Shown here one piece after another: positions 15,901 through 31,793 of a stretch of DNA of 64,000 nt. Below the pieces are notes generated by a model. The model searched no databases and was not told the origin of the DNA. It saw nothing but the letters and a program-made list of their open reading frames with translations. Within the stretch, counting starts at the first letter, position 1. Every line of letters starts with the position of its first letter. The DNA is from Isurus oxyrinchus (lineage: Eukaryota): positions 86,118,001 to 86,182,000 of the forward strand of contig JANJGN010000016.1 of assembly GCA_026770705.1 (NCBI GenBank), written 5' to 3'. The position numbers were made by a program, and so were the translations under genes.

Positions 15901-18900
15901 ATCAACCACCCATCATACCCCAGCACCACCCAACCCCCACTCCAGGCAACACCCACCAAACCCAACCCCAACATCACACACCTCCTCTCCCCTGGCTTCT
16001 CCAAACACCCCGCCCCACCGGCATCACCAACTTCCCCACTCCCGGCATCACCCAACCCATCAACCATGGCATTGCCGACCACCGGCATCAGCCACCACCC
16101 CCCACCCCTGGCATCACCCAACATCTCAGTCCCAGCAACAACTACACCCCCAACATTGGCATCACTCACCCCCCCACTCCCGGCATCACCCACCCACCTA
16201 ACCCCGGCAACACTCACACTCCCACCTCCGGCATCACCCACACCCCCCATACCCGGCATCACCCACACCCTCACCCACGGCATCAGACAACCCCTCACAC
16301 CCGGCATCACCGCCCCCCACCCCCGGCATCACCCACCCTCTCACACACGACACCACCACCCCCCCCCACCGCCGGCATCACCAACCCCCACAATCCCTGG
16401 TATCATACACCCTGGCATCACTCACACCCCCACCCCCGGCAACACCAACTACCCCCAACACCGGCATCACACACTCCCTCACTCCCAGCAACAACTACAC
16501 CCCCAACATTGGCATCACTCACCCCCCCACTCCCGTCAGCCCTGGTATCACCCAACCCCCAACCATCCCTGACATCAACCACCCATCCAACCCCGGCACC
16601 CCCCAACCCCCACCCCAGGCAACACCCACCAAACCCACCCCCAACATCACACACCTCCTCTCCCCTGGCTTCTCCAAACACCCCGCCCCACCGGCATCAC
16701 CAACTTCCCCACTCCCAGCATCACCCAACCCATCAACCATGGCATTGCCGACCACTGGCATCAGCCACCACCCCCCACCCCTGGCATCACCCAACATCTC
16801 AGTCCCAGCAACAACTACACCCCCAACAATAGCATCACCCACCCCCCCACACCTGGCATCACCCACGAACCCCACCCCCAACCCAGGCATCACCCACCCT
16901 CCCAACCCCGGCATCAGGCACACAAACCCCCGGCACCACTCACAACACCCACCCCCAACCCCAGCATCACTACATCCCCACCCCCAGCACCACCCACAAA
17001 CCCACCCCCGGCATCACCCACACCCTCAACCCCGGCATCACTCAAACATCCAGCCCGGCATCACCCACCCTCTCACTCCCGGAATCACCCACCCTACCAC
17101 CCCTGGCATCACCCACCTCCTCACCCCAGGCATCACCCAACCCCCACCCGCAGCGTCACCCAACCTCTCACCCCCGACACTACGACACCCCCCACCCCAC
17201 CGCTGGCATTACCCAACACCCCCACCGCCGGCATCACCAACCCCCCCACGCGCAGTCATGACCCATCGCCCCGCTCCTGGCATCACCAACCTCCCCAATC
17301 CCCGGCATCACCTCCCCCCGGCATCGCCCACACCCCCAACCCCGGCAACAGCAACTACCACCATCCCTGGCATCACACACCCCATCACCCCTGGCTTCAC
17401 CCAACATCCCAACCCCCGGCATCACCCACCCCCCCACTCCCGGCGTCATCCACCCCACCCCCACCCCCACCCCTAGCATCACACATCCCCCCCAACCCTG
17501 CCATCACCCACCCCCGACATTACCCACCCCCCCTTACCTGGCATCACACATCCCATCACCATCGACATCACCACTCCCCCCCAACCCCAGCATCACCCGC
17601 ACCCACCCCCCACCGCCGGAAGCACCCAACGCCCACCCATGGCATGAACCATCGCCCCAGCCCCGGAATCACTGACCCCCCCAAACCCGGGCATCATCCA
17701 TCCCCTCACCACCGGCATTATCCACTCCCCCATACCCAGATTCACCACTCCCCCCACCCCCGGCATCACCCACACCCCCAACTCTGGCATCACCAACCCC
17801 CCCCAATCCCCGGCATCCCCCACCACCAGCATCACCCACCCCTCCACCCCAGGCAACACCCTTCACCTCCACCCCAATATCAAGCACCCTCTCACACCTG
17901 GCTTCACCAAACACCCCACTGGCATCACCCACTCCCCCATTCCCGCACCACCCACCGCCCCCCATCCCCAGCATCACCCAACCCTCAACCGCAGCATCAC
18001 CCACCCCCGGCAACACACAAACCCCCTACCCCCGGCATCAACTATCACCCCCACCCCTGTCATCGCACACCCCCTCACCCCCAGCAACACCCACACCCCC
18101 AACATTGGAATCACCCAACCCCCCACTCCCGGCATCATCCAAACCACCACCCACGGCATCACCCACCCAACCACCCCCGGCATCACCCACAACCCCCACC
18201 CCCATCCATGGCATCACCCACCTCACCACCCCCGGTATCACACACAACCTCCCCCCCCCAACCCCGGCATCATGAAACCCCCCACCCCCGGCATCACCCA
18301 CTCCACCAACCCCTGCATCACCAACACCCCCACCCCCGGCATCACCCTCCCCACCATCCCCGGCATCACCCACAACTCCCACCACCAACCCCGGCATCAC
18401 CTACACCCTCAGCCCCAGCATCAACCCCACCCACCCTCGGCATCACCCACCCTCTCACCCCCGATATCACCACCCACTCACCCCTGGCATCAACACCACC
18501 CCCCCCCACCCCCAGCATCACCCACATCCCCCACCGCCGGCATCACCCACCCCTCCACCCTCGCCATTACCCATCGCCCCACCCCCAAGCATCACTCACA
18601 CCCGGCATCACACAACTCCCAACCCCTGGCTTCACCCAACACCCCACCTCCCCGGCATCACACACCCCCCCACTCACAGGGTCATCCACCTCCCCCCACC
18701 CACACCCATCATCACCCACCCCTCCAACACTGCCAACACCCACCCCCAGCATCACCCACCACCTCCACACCCAGCATCACCCACCCCCTCACCGCCAGCA
18801 ACACCGACACCACCAACCCTGCTATCACCCTGCCCCGGCATTACTCACCCTCTACTGCCCCCCCGAAATAATCCACCCCACCCCACCCCCGCCATCATCC

Positions 18901-21900
18901 ACCCGCCCATCTCCGGCATCAACCAACCCCACACCCAGCATCATGCAGCCACCACCCCTGGCATCACCCATCCCCGACATTACACACCCCCTAATCCATG
19001 GTACACACCCCCTAATCCATGGCAACACCCACCAACCCCACCCCCAGCAAAACCCACACCGCCAACACTGGCATCATCCACTCCCAGCATCACCCACCCC
19101 ACCACGCCCGACATCACCCAAAACCGCCACCACTCCCAGCATCACACACACCCCCTACACCGGCATCACCACTCCTTCACGCCCGGCATCACCCACTCCA
19201 CCAACACCGACATCACCCAAACCCCCACCTCCGGCATTACTCACTCCTTGACCCCCAGCATCACACAACCCCAACCATGCGTCCCTTAACCAACACCTAC
19301 CACCGGCATCATCCACACTCCCACCTCTGGCAGTACCCACATCCGCACCCCCGGCATCAACCAGGCCCCAAGCCCAGGCATCAACCACCCCCCTACCCCC
19401 AGCATCACCCACCCACTACCCCAGGCGTCACCCACGCCCACAATCCCAGCATCACACACCCCCTCACCACCTGCATTACGCACCACCCCCCCACCCCCAG
19501 CATCACCTATTCCCCCACCCTGGCATCACCCACCATTCCAACCCCGGCATCAAACACTCCCCTACCCCAGGCATTATCCACCACCTCACCCCCGGCACCA
19601 CCTAACCCCCGCCCCGACATCACCTTTCCCTCCACCCCCAGCATCACCTACCCCTCCAACCCTGCCAACAACCACTCCCGGCATCACCCACCACCCCCAC
19701 AACCAGCATCACCCACCCCCTCACCGCCAGCAACACCGACACCACCAACCCTGCCATCATCCTGCCCCGCCATTACCCAGCCCCTACCGCCCCCCGGAAT
19801 CATCCACCCCACCCCACACACGCCACCATCCACCCGCCCATCTCCGGCATCAACCAACCCCACACCCGTCATCACGCAGCCACCACCCCTGGCCTCACCC
19901 ACCCCCGGCATTACCCACCCCCTACCTCCTGCATCACACCCCACCCCCTACCTCCGGCATCACCCATCATGCTACACCCGGCATCCCCCACCGCTGCATC
20001 CCTGGCACCATTCCCCCAAACCAAAGTGCCACCATGCACCCCCCCCCAATTCCCGGCATCAACCACCCACCTACACCCGGCATCACCCAGCTCCCAACCC
20101 TGGAATCACCCACCCCCGGCATTACATACCCCCTAATCCTGGCATCACCCACCCCCCCCCCATCCCGGGCATCACGCACCCCACCACCCCCGGCATCGCC
20201 CACAACACCCACCGCCAACCCTGCCATCACCACATCCCCACCCCTAGCAGCACCCACAACCCCACCCCCGGCATCACCAACACCCTCAACCCCGGCATCA
20301 CTCAAACCTCCAGCCCGGCGTCACCCACCCTCTCACTCCCGGAATCACCCATCCTACCACCCCTGGCATCACCCACCTCCTCAACCCAGGCATCACCCAA
20401 CTTCTCTTCCCCGACACCACGATCCGCCCCCCCACCACCGCTGGCATCACCCAACCCCCCCACGCACAGGCATGACCCATCGACCCACCCCCGGCATCAC
20501 CAGCATCCCCAATCCCCGGCATCACCCACCCCCGGCATCGCCCACACCACCACCCCAGGCAACAGCAACTACCACCACCCCCAGCATCACACACCCCCTC
20601 ACCCCTGGCTTCACCCAACATCCCAACCCCCCGCATCACCCACCCTCCCACTCCCGGCGTCATCCACCCCACCCCCACCCCCAGCATCACCCAGCCACCC
20701 CAATTCTGCCATCACCCACCCCCGACATTACCCACACCCCATACCGGGCATCACCCACCCAATCATCCTTGGCATCAGCGCCTCACTCCAACCCCAGGCA
20801 TCAAACCCCCCCACCCACGGCATCACCCACCATCGCACCCACGACATCACCGCCCCCCCCAACCCCGGCATCACCTGCCCCCCCACCAACGGAATCACCC
20901 ACTCCGCCACCCATGGCATGAACCATCGCCCTACCCCCTGAATCACTAACACCCTCAACCCCCGGCATCACCCACCCCCTCACCATCAGCATTACCCATC
21001 CCCCCATACCCAGCATCACCACTCCTGCCACACCCGACATTACCCACCCCCTCATACCTGGCATCACCCATCCCATCACCATCGACAACACCGCCCCCCC
21101 CCCCAACCCCAGCATCACCCGCATTCCACCCCCCACCGCCGGAAGCACCCAACCCCCTCCCATGGCATGAACCATCGCCCCACCCCCGGAATCACTAACC
21201 GCCCCAAACCGCGGCTTCATCCATCCCCTCACCACCGGCATTATCCACCCCCCCATACCCACTCCCCCCACCCCTGTATCACCCACCCCACCAACTCTGG
21301 CATCACCAACACCCCCAACCCCTGGCATCAGCCACCCCCAGCATCACCCAGACCCCACCCCAGGCAACACCCACCACCCCCACCCCAAATATCACACACC
21401 TCCTCACCCCTGGCTTCACCAAACACACCATCGGCATCACTCCCTCCCCTACTCCCGCATCACCCACCACTCAACCGTGGCATCACACACCCCCGGCCTT
21501 ACACAACCCCCCTACCCCCGGCATCACACACCCAGTCACCTCCAGCAACACCCACAGCCCCAACATTGGAATCACCTAACCCCCCACTCCCGGCATCACC
21601 CACCCCAACACCCTCGGCATCATCCAGAACCCCACCCTCAACCCCGGCATCACCAACACCCACACCCTCGGCATCACCCACACCACCAACCCCGGCATCA
21701 CCCAACCAGCCCCCAACTCCGGCATCACCCATCCACCCCACCACCTCGGGCATCACCCACAACCCCCACCCCCAACCCTGGCATCACCAAACTCCCCACC
21801 CACGGCATCACCCACACCACCAACCCTGGCATCACCATCCCCCCCCTTCCCCGGCATCACCCACACCTGCAACCTTGACATCACCCACCCCCTCACCCCC

Positions 21901-24900
21901 GGCATCACACCCCACCACCCCCGGCATCACCCACGTCCCCCACCGTCAGCATCACCCACCTCTCCACCCTCGCCATTACTCATCGCCCCACCCCCGGCAT
22001 CACCAACCCCCGGCATCTCCAAACCCTCCAGTCACCGGCATCACCCACCCCCGGCATCACACACCCCCCCAACCCCTGGCTTCACACAACACCCCACCTC
22101 CCCGGCATCACATGCACCCCCACTCCCCGTGTCATCCACCCCCCCACCCAAACCCATCATCACCCACCCCTCCAACCCTGCCAACACCCACTCCCGGCAT
22201 CACCCACCACCCCCACACCGAGCATCAACCACCCCCTCACCTCCTGCAACACCGACACCACCAAATCTGCAAGCACCCTGCCCCGGCATTACCCACCCCC
22301 TACCGACCCCAGAATCATCCACCCCACCCCACATCCGCCACCATCCACCTGCTCATCTCCTGCATCAACCAACCCCACACCCGGCATCATGCAGCCCCCA
22401 GCCCTGGGATCACCCACCCCCGGCAGTACCCACCCCCTACCTCCTGCATTACACCCCACCCCTACCTCCGACATCACCCATCATGCTACACCCGGCATCC
22501 CCCACCGCCGCATCCCCGGCACCATTCCCCCAAACCAAAGTGCCACCATGCACCCCCCCCAATTCCCGGCATCAACCACCCACCTACACCCGGCATCACC
22601 CAGCTCCCAACTCTGGAATCAACCACCCCCGGCATTACATACCCCCTAACCCATGGCAACAACCACCACCCCCAACCCCGGCATCACCCACCCCCCCCAA
22701 CCCCGGGATCGCGACCCCACCACCCCCGGCATCACCCACAACACCCACCCCCAACCCCGCCATCACCACATCCCCACCCCTAGCAGCACCCACAACCCCA
22801 CCCCCGGCATCACCCACACCCTCAACCCCGGCATCACTCAAACCTCCAGCCCGGCATCACCCACCCTCTCACTCCCGGAATCACCCATCCTACCATCCCT
22901 GGCATCACTCACCTCCTCACCCCAGGCATCACCCAACCCCCACCCGCGGCATCACCCAACCTCTCACCCCTGACACTATAACCCCCCCACCCCACCGCTG
23001 GCATCACCCAACCCCCCACCGCCGGCATCACCCACCCCCCCACGCACAGTCATGACTCATCGCCACACCCCCGACATCACTAACCTCCCCAATCCCCGGC
23101 ATCACCTCGTCCCGGCATCGCCCACACCCCCACCCCCGGCAACAGCAACTACCACCACCCCTGGCATCACACACCCCGTCACCCCTGGCTTCACCCAACA
23201 TCCCAACCCCCGGCATCACCCACCCCCCCACTCCCGGAGTCATCCACCCCACCCCCACCCCTAGCATCACACATCCTCCCCAACCCTGCCATCACCCACC
23301 CCCAACATTACCCACCCCCACTTACCTGGCATCACCCAACCCATCACCATCGACATCACCACTCCCCCCCCAACCCCAGCATCACCCGCACTCCCCCCCC
23401 CACCGCCGGAACCACCCAACCCCCAACCATGGCATGAACCATTGCCCCAGCCCCGGAATCACTGACCCCCCCAAACCCGGGCATCATCCATCCCCTCACC
23501 ACCGGCATTATCCACTCCCCCATACCCAGATTCACCACTCCCCCCACCCCCGGCATCACCCACCCACCCAACTCTGGCATCACCAACCTCCCCCAACCCC
23601 CGGCATCCCCCACCCCCAGCATCACCCACCCCTCCACCCCAGGCAACACCCTTCACCACCCTAATATCACGCACCTTCTCACACCTGGTTTCACCAAACA
23701 CGCCACCGGCATCACCCACTCCCCCACTCCCCCACTCCCCCATCACCCACTCCCCCCCATTCCCAGCATCACCCAACCCTCAACCGCGGCATAACCCACC
23801 CCCGGCAACACACAACCCCCCTACCCCCGGCATCAACTATCATCCCCACCCCTGTCATCACACACCCCCTCACCCCCAGCAACACCCACACCCACAACAT
23901 TGGAATCACCCAACCCCCCACTCCCCGCATCACCCACCCCACCACCCCCGGCATCACCCACAACCCCCACCCCCACCCCCGACATCACCCTCCCCACCAT
24001 CCCCAGCATCACCCACAACAACCACCAACAACCCCGGCATCACCCACACCCTCACCCCCAGCATCAACCCCAACCACCCTCGGCATCACCCACCCAACCA
24101 CCACCGATTTCACCACCCCCTCACCCCTGGCATCACCACAAACCCCCCCCCACCCCCAGCATCACCCACATCCCCCAACGCCAGCATCACCCACCCCCTC
24201 CACCCTCGCCATTACCCATCGCCCCACCCCCAAGCATCACCCACTTCCGGCATCACACAACTCCCAACCCCTGGCTTCACCCAACACCCCACCTCCCCAG
24301 CATCACACACCCCCCACTCACAGGGTCATCCACCCACACCCATCCACACCCATCATCACCCATCCCTCCAACCCTGCCAACACCCACCCCCAGCATCACC
24401 CACCACCCCCACACCCAGCATCACCCACCCCCTCACCGCCAGCAACACCAACACCACCAACCCTGCTATCACCCTGCCCCGGCATTACCCACCCTCTACC
24501 GCCCCCCCGAAATAATCCATCACACCCCACCCCCCCCCCCCGCCATCATCCACCCGCCCATCTCCGGCATCAACCAACCCCACACCCGGCATCATGCAGC
24601 CACCACCCCTGGCATCACCCATCCCCGGCATTAAACACCCCTAATCCACGGCAACACCCACCAACCCCACCCCCAGCAAAACCCACACCGCCAACACTGG
24701 CATCATCCACTCCCAGCATCACCCACCCCACCACGCCCGGCATCACCCAAAACCGCCACCACCACTCCCAGCATCACACACACCCCCTACACCGGCATCA
24801 CCACCACTTCACGCCCGGCATCACCCATTCCGCCACCACCGACATCACCCAAACCCCCACCTCCGGCATTACCCACTCCTTCAACCCCAGCATCACCCAA

Positions 24901-27900
24901 CCCCAACCATGGGTCCCTCACCCCCTCCCCCAGTATCAGCCGATACTCACCCGTGGCATCACCCAATCCCCACCACCGGCATCATCCACACTCCCACCTC
25001 TGGCAGTACCCACCTCCGCACCCCCAGCATCAACCAGGCCCCCATCCCAGGCATCAACCACCCCCCCACCCCCGGCATCACCCATCCACTACCCCAGGCG
25101 TCACCCACGCCCACAACCCCAGCATCACACACCCCCTCACCACTGGCATCACCCACCCCCCCCCACCCCCAGCATCACCTATTCCCCCACCCCGGCATCA
25201 CCCACCATCCCAACCCCGGCATCAAACACTCCCCTACCCCAGTCATCATCCACCCCCTCAACTCCGGCACCACCAAACCCCCCGCCCCGATATCACCTAT
25301 TCCTCCACCCCCTGCATCACCCACACCCCCACCCACGGCATCACCCACCTTCCCACACATGGAATCACCCAACCCACAACCCTGGCATCACCCACCCCCC
25401 TACCCCAGGCCTCACACTCACCCACACCCCCGGCATCACCCACACCCCATCCTCGGCATCAACCAACCCCCAACAATGGCATCACCCACCCCCACGAACC
25501 ACCGGCTTCACCCACCCCCACGAACCACCGGCTTCACCCCCACCCCCACACCCAGTATCACCTGCCCCCTCACCCCCAGCAACGCCTACACCGCCAACAC
25601 TGGCATCAACCACCTCCAGCATCACCCACAACACCCACCCCCACTCATGGCATCACCCACAACCCCCTACCCCGGCATCACCCACTCCCCCAACCCCGGC
25701 ATCACCCAGAACCACCACCTCTGGCATTACCCACTCCCTCACACCCAGCATCCACCAACCCCTCACCCATGGGCCCTCATCCCCCACCCCCAGCATCAGC
25801 CAACCGCCACGTGTGGTATCACCCACCACCCGACCCCTGGCATCTGCCAACCCCACCCATGGCATCACCCAACACCCAGCACCAGCATCACCAACACCCC
25901 CACCTTTGACATTACCCACTCCCCCACCCCCAGCATCACCCTACTCCCACCCCCGGCATCATCAACACCCCCACCTTTGGCATTACTCACTCCCCGATCC
26001 CCAGCATCACAGCCCCCTCACCTCCGGCATTACCCACTCCCTCGCTGCCAACATCACCCATCCCCCCACCCATGGGTCCCTCATCCCCCGACCCCAGGCA
26101 TCAGCCAACCCCCACCCGCGGCATCACCCAGCACCCGATCCCAGGCATCAGCCAAACCCCACCCCTGGGATCACCCAACCTCCAGCACCGGCATCAACCA
26201 CACCCCCAACTCTGGCATTACCCACTCCCCGACCCCCGGCATCACCCAGGCCCCCATCCCAGGCATAAACCACCCCCCGGCCCCCAGCATCACCCACCCC
26301 CTACCCCAGGCGTCACCCACACCCATCATCCCGGTACCACCCACCACCCTATAACCAGCATCACCACTCCCCCCACCCTCGGCATCACCCACCCCCAGCA
26401 TCACCCACCCTCCCACTCCAGGCCCACCCCCAATATCACACACCTCCTCAGCCCTGGCTTCACCAAACACCCAATCCAACCGGCATCATCCACACCCCCC
26501 ACCATCCCCAGCATCACACAACCATCAACCGTGGCGTCACCAGCCCTGGCATCACCCAACACCCCCCACACCTGGCATCACCTATCACTCCCAAACCCGG
26601 AATCACACACCCCCTCACCCCCAGCAACACCCACACCCCCAACATTGGCAACAACCCCCACTCCACCCCCGGCTAACCCACCCCACCACTCCCAGCATCA
26701 CCCACAACCCCCACCCCAACCCCGGCATCACCCAACCCCCCAACCCTGGCATCACCTACATCCCCAGCCCCCCGGCATCACACACATCTCCAACCCTGGC
26801 ATCACCCAGCCCCCCACCTCCGGCATTACCCTCTCCCACACATCCAGCATCATCCAACCCCAGAACCATGTGTCCCTCACCCCTACCCCCGGCATCACCA
26901 ACCCCCACCCTTGGCATTACCCAATCCCACCTCAGGCATTACCCACTCCCCCAACACCCGGCATCAATCAGGCCCCCATCCCAGACATCAACCGCCCCCC
27001 CACCCTCGGCATCATCAACACCCCCACCTTTGGCATTACTCACTCCCCGATCCCCAGCATCACACAGCCCCCCCACCTCCGGCATTACCCACTCCCTCAC
27101 CGCCAACATCACCCATCCCCCCACCCATGGGTCCCTCATCCCCCAACCCCGGCATCAGCCAACCCCCACCCGCGGCATCACCCAGCACCCGATCCCAGGC
27201 ATCAGCCAAACCCCACCCCCGGGATCACCCAACCTCCAGCACCGTCATCAACCACACCCCCAACTCTGGCATTACCCACTCCCCGACCCCCGGCATCACA
27301 CAGGCCCCCATCCCAGGCATAAACCACCCCCCGGCCCCCAGCATCACCCACCCTCTACCCCAGGCGTCACCCACACCCATCATCCCGGTACCACCCACCA
27401 CCCCATAACCAGCATCACCACTCACCCCACCCCCGGCATCACCCACCCCCAGCATCACCCACCCTCCCACTCCAGGCCCACCCCCAATATCACACACCTC
27501 CTCAGCCCTGGCTTCACCAAACACCCAATCCAACCGGCATCATCCACACCCCCCACCATCCCCAGCATCACACAACCATCAACCGTGGCGTCACCAGCCC
27601 TGGCATCACCCAACCCCCCCCACACCTGGCATCACCTATCACTCCCAAACCCGGAATCACACACCCCCTCACCCCCAGCAACACCCACACCCCCAACATT
27701 GGCAACAATCCCCGCCCCACTCCCGGCTAACCCACCCCACCACTCCCAGCATCACCCACAACCCCCACCCCAACCCCGACATCACCCAACCCCCCAACCC
27801 TGGCATCACCTACATCACCAGCCCCCCGGCATCACCACACATCTCCAACCCTGGCATCACCCAGCCCCCCACCTCCGGCATTACCCTCTCCCACACATCC

Positions 27901-30900
27901 AGCATCATCCAACCCCACAACCATGTGTCCCTCACCCCTACCCCCGGCATCACCAACCCCCACCCTTGGCATTACCCAATCCCACCTCAGGCATTACCCA
28001 CTCCCCCAACACCCGGCATCACTCAGGCCCCCATCCCAGACATCAACCGCCACCCCACCCCCGGCATCACCCACCCCATACCCCAGGCGTCACCCACTCC
28101 CGCAACCCCGGCATCACACAGCCCCTCACCCCTGGTATCACCAACCCCCCCCAACCCCTGACATCACCTATTCCCCCAGCCCCGGCATCACCCAACCCCT
28201 CCACCCCCTGCATCACCCACCGCTTCAACCCCAGCATCACCAATCACATCACCCCTGGCATCAGCCACTCCCCCATCCCCGGCATCACCAACGCCGTCCA
28301 CCCTCGTCATCACCCAACCCCTCAACCCCGGCATCAGCCACCCTCCCACCCATGGCATCACCTACCCCCCTACCCCCGGCATCACCCAATCCCTGACCCC
28401 CAGCATCACTCAAACCCCCACCCATGGGTCCCTCACCCCCACCCCCGGCATCAGCCAATCCCCACCCGCGGCATCACCCAACCCCCACCACCGGCATCAC
28501 CCACAATCCCACCTCTGGCATTACCCACTCCCCCACCACCAGCATCACCCAGGCCCCCATCCCAGGCACCAACCAACCCCGAACCCCGGCATCACCCACC
28601 CCCTGCCCCAGGCGTCTCCCATGCCCACAACCCCGGCATCACACATCCCCTCACCCCCCGCATCACCCACGCCCTCACCCCTGGCATCATCTATTCCCCC
28701 ATCCCCGGCATCACCACTATCCCAAACCCGGCATCACCCACTCCCCTACCCCAGGCATCAGCCACGCCCATCACCCCAGCATAACCTACTCCCTCAACCC
28801 CGGCACCACCAACACCCCCCAACCCCTGACATCAGCTATACCCCACCCCTACATCACTCAACACCTCCACCCCTGGCATCACCCACCCCCTCAATCCCAG
28901 CAACACCCATCACGTCAGCCCTGGCATCACACACCCCACCACCCCCGGCATCACCCTGTCCCCCACTACTGGCATCATCAACGCCCTCCACCCCCCGGCA
29001 TCACCCACCCCCTCAACTCCGGCATCAATCATCACCCTACCACCGGCATCAGCCACGCCCCCATCCCCAGAATCACCCACCCCCCCCCCCACCACCTGCA
29101 ACACTCACCCCCCAACACATGGCATCACCTAACCCCTAACCCCGGCATCACCCACATCCTCACTCCCGGCATCAACCACCCCACAAAACCCCGGCATCAC
29201 CCACCCCCCCAACCCCTGCATCTCCCATACCCCGACCACCGGCATCACCCACCCGCCTCACCCCCGGCATCAACCACCCCCTCACTCCCGGCATCACCCA
29301 CCCCCCCCACACCCACCATCACTCAACCCGCACACATGCATCACCCACACCCCTGCCCCCTCACCCCCGACATCATCCACACCACGCCCCCCCACACCCC
29401 CGGCATCACCCACACCCCATCCCCGGCATCAACCAGCCCCCCACACCCAGCATCTTCCAACCCCCACCCCCGGTATCACCTGCGCCCTCACCCCAGCAAC
29501 ACCCACTCCACCAACCCTGCCATCACACAGCCCCGGCATCACCCACAGCCCCCACTCCGGGCATCACCCACCTTCCTACACCTGGCATCACATACTCCCC
29601 CAACCCCAGCATCACCAACGCCCTCCACCGTTGACATCACCCACCCCCTAACCCCGGCATCACCCAACCCCTGACCCCCAGCATCACTCAAACCCACACC
29701 CATGGGTCTCTAACCCCCACCCCCGGCATCAGCCAATCCCCACCCGCTGCATCACCCACCCACTACCCCAGGCATCACCACGCCCACAACCCCGGCATCA
29801 CACATCCACTCACACCCGGCATCACCCACGCCCCCACCAATGGCATTACTCACCATCCCAACCCCAACACTGGCATCACCCACAGCCCCCACTCCAGGCA
29901 TCAGCCACCCCACCACCTCCGGCATCACCCACCCCCCCATCCCCTGCATCACACACACCCACCACCCCCGGCAACACGAACTACCCCCAACCCCAGCTTC
30001 ACGCAACAACCCACCTCCCCGGCATCACACGCCTCCCCACACCCGTCATCACCCACCCCTCCAACCGTGCCAACACCCACCCCTGGCATCACCCACCACT
30101 ACCCACCCCCACCACAAGCATCACCCACCCCCTTACTGCCAGCAACACCCACTCCACCAACCCTGCCACCACACAGCCCCAGCATTACCCTCCCCCTACC
30201 CCAGACATCACACTCCCTCTAACTTCCAGCATCACCCACCCCCTCACCACCGGCACCAGCCACCCACCCCCACACCCAACTTCACCTATTCCCCCACCCC
30301 CAGCATCACCCACTCGCCCAACCCCGGCATCACCCAGCGCCCCGACCCCCGGTATCACCTCCCACCTCATCCCCAGCAACACCTACGCTGCCAACAGTGG
30401 CATCACCCACACCCCCCACTCCAGGTATCACCCATCCCACTAACCCGCCATCACCCACCAACCCCACTCCCAGCAACACCCAAACCGCCAACAATGGCAC
30501 TACCCACTGCCGGCATCACCCACACCACCACCCCCGGCATCACCCACAAACCCCAACCCAACTCCCGGCATCACCCACAACCCCTACCCCGGCATCACCA
30601 TCCCCACACGCCCGGCATCACCCACTCCCCCACCCCCGGTATCTCCCAGCCCCTCACCTCCGGCATTACCCACTCCCTCACCCCTAGCGTCACCCAACCC
30701 CACACCCATAGGTCCCTCACCCCCACCCCCGGCATCAGCCAAACCCCTAGCACCGGCATCACCCACACCCCCAGCTCTGGTATTACCCACTTCCGCACCC
30801 CTAGCATAACACAGGCCCCCAGCCCTGGCATCACCCACACCCCCAGCTCTGGCATTTCGCACTCCCACACCCCCGGCATCGCCCAACCCCTACCCCAGGC

Positions 30901-31793
30901 ATCACTCACGCCCACAATCCTGGCATCACACACCCCCTCACACCCGGCATCACCCTCTACACCACCCCTGACATCACCTATTGCCCCTCCCCCGGCATCA
31001 ACAACCTCCTACACCCCTGGCATCACCCCCCCCCACCCATGGCATCACCCAGTCACCCCTACCCCCTGCAATGCCCACACCCCACCCATGGCATCACCCA
31101 CCACACCATCCCCTGCATCACACACACCCACACCACTGGCATCACCCACCCCCCCCCACCCACGGCATCATTCACAAACCCCCCCCTCCATCAACCACAC
31201 CCTCACCCCCGGCATCACCCACACCCTCACCCACGGCATCCCCCACCGCCGCATCCAAGGCATCACCCACCCATGTCATCACCCAACCTTTCCATCCCCG
31301 GCATCACCCACCTCCATACCCCCGGCATCATCCACATCCCCCCGCAACCCGCACCACCATCCACACCCCCATCTCCGGAATCAACCCCCCCCCACCTACA
31401 CCCAGCACCACGCATTCCCCAACCCTGGCAACACCCACCCCAGTCATTACCCACCCCCCCACCCTTGGCATCACCTGTCACACCACCCACGGCATCATCC
31501 GTGCCCCCACCCCAGGCATCACCCACCAACCCCACCGCCTGCATCACCCATCACGCTACATTCGGCATCAACCACCACTGCATCCCTGGCATCAACCACT
31601 CCCCCACCCATGGCATCACCCACCACCCCCACATCCAGCCACACCCACAACCCCCACATCCACTCCCGGCATCACCCACACCCCCTACCCCGGCATCACC
31701 AACCCCGCACGTCCGGCATTACCCATTCCCTCAACCTCAGCATCACCCAACCCCCATCCACGGCATCACCCACCCCCACCCCTCCACCCCCTA
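970..31793. repeat. ~30.8 kb complex C/A-rich (G-rich on minus strand) satellite with a CC(C/T)(G/A)GCATCACCC core and kb-scale internal duplications
   Basis: GGCATCACCC, AGCATCACCC and GACATCACCC recur every ~20-40 bp between C-runs. G is almost absent on the + strand outside the core. Long Pro/His/Thr ORFs occur in all three + frames. Confidence 0.95.

Noticed and set aside
970-31793. Telomeric origin of the C-rich array
   Set aside because: Only scattered CCCTAA/CCCCAA words occur, with no tandem (TTAGGG)n run.
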